Shown here one piece after another: positions 63,970-64,000 of a DNA stretch of 64,000 nucleotides. Numbering within the stretch: position 1 is the first letter of the stretch; every line of letters begins with the position of its first letter. Origin of the DNA: Geosiphon pyriformis uo1 (Eukaryota > Fungi > Glomeromycota); assembly GCA_016748015.1 (NCBI GenBank), contig JAAOMT010000129.1, positions 310,001 through 374,000 of the forward strand. The letters are read 5' to 3'. The translations under genes were made by a program, and so were the position numbers. The notes under the pieces were generated by a model that was not told where the DNA came from, searched no databases, and was given only the letters and a program-made list of their open reading frames with translations.

Positions 63970-64000
63970 GTCGGTTGTAAATTACCTTTTTTACAATTTT

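Overview
AT-rich eukaryotic DNA, almost certainly fungal. An intron-rich PP2A B56 gene and the repeat types suggest Glomeromycota/Mucoromycota (inference). Most of the window is nested, transition-eroded retrotransposons around one intact 13-exon host gene (PP2A B'/B56, minus strand, 49518-52569). Nesting: a Gypsy end (A0, 1-2076) and two solo LTRs sit in a + strand LINE (2077-10597). Gypsy A2 (10835-28584, minus) carries a complete Gypsy A1 (11516-21585, 4-bp TSD TTAT) in its 3' LTR and is cut in gag by Gypsy B (28585-37122). Then follow a probable HMG-box pseudogene, LINE and Gypsy relics, the gene island, a minus-strand LINE and an almost pure A/T relic zone. Main discovery: two divergent Ty3/Gypsy families share an unusual three-ORF design. 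ORF1 is an apparently GUG-initiated single-frame Gag-PR-(multi-CxxC domain)-dUTPase-RT-RNaseH. A conserved stop right after RNase H leaves integrase as a separate ATG-initiated ORF. A conserved ~210-245 aa ORF3 of unknown function follows, with its own TATA-like box. The LTRs have swappable U3 repeat arrays, a covarying hairpin, and a U5 copy of the tRNA 3' end that can fold back on an elongator-tRNA-Met-type PBS. All coordinates were read by eye; no database searches were run.
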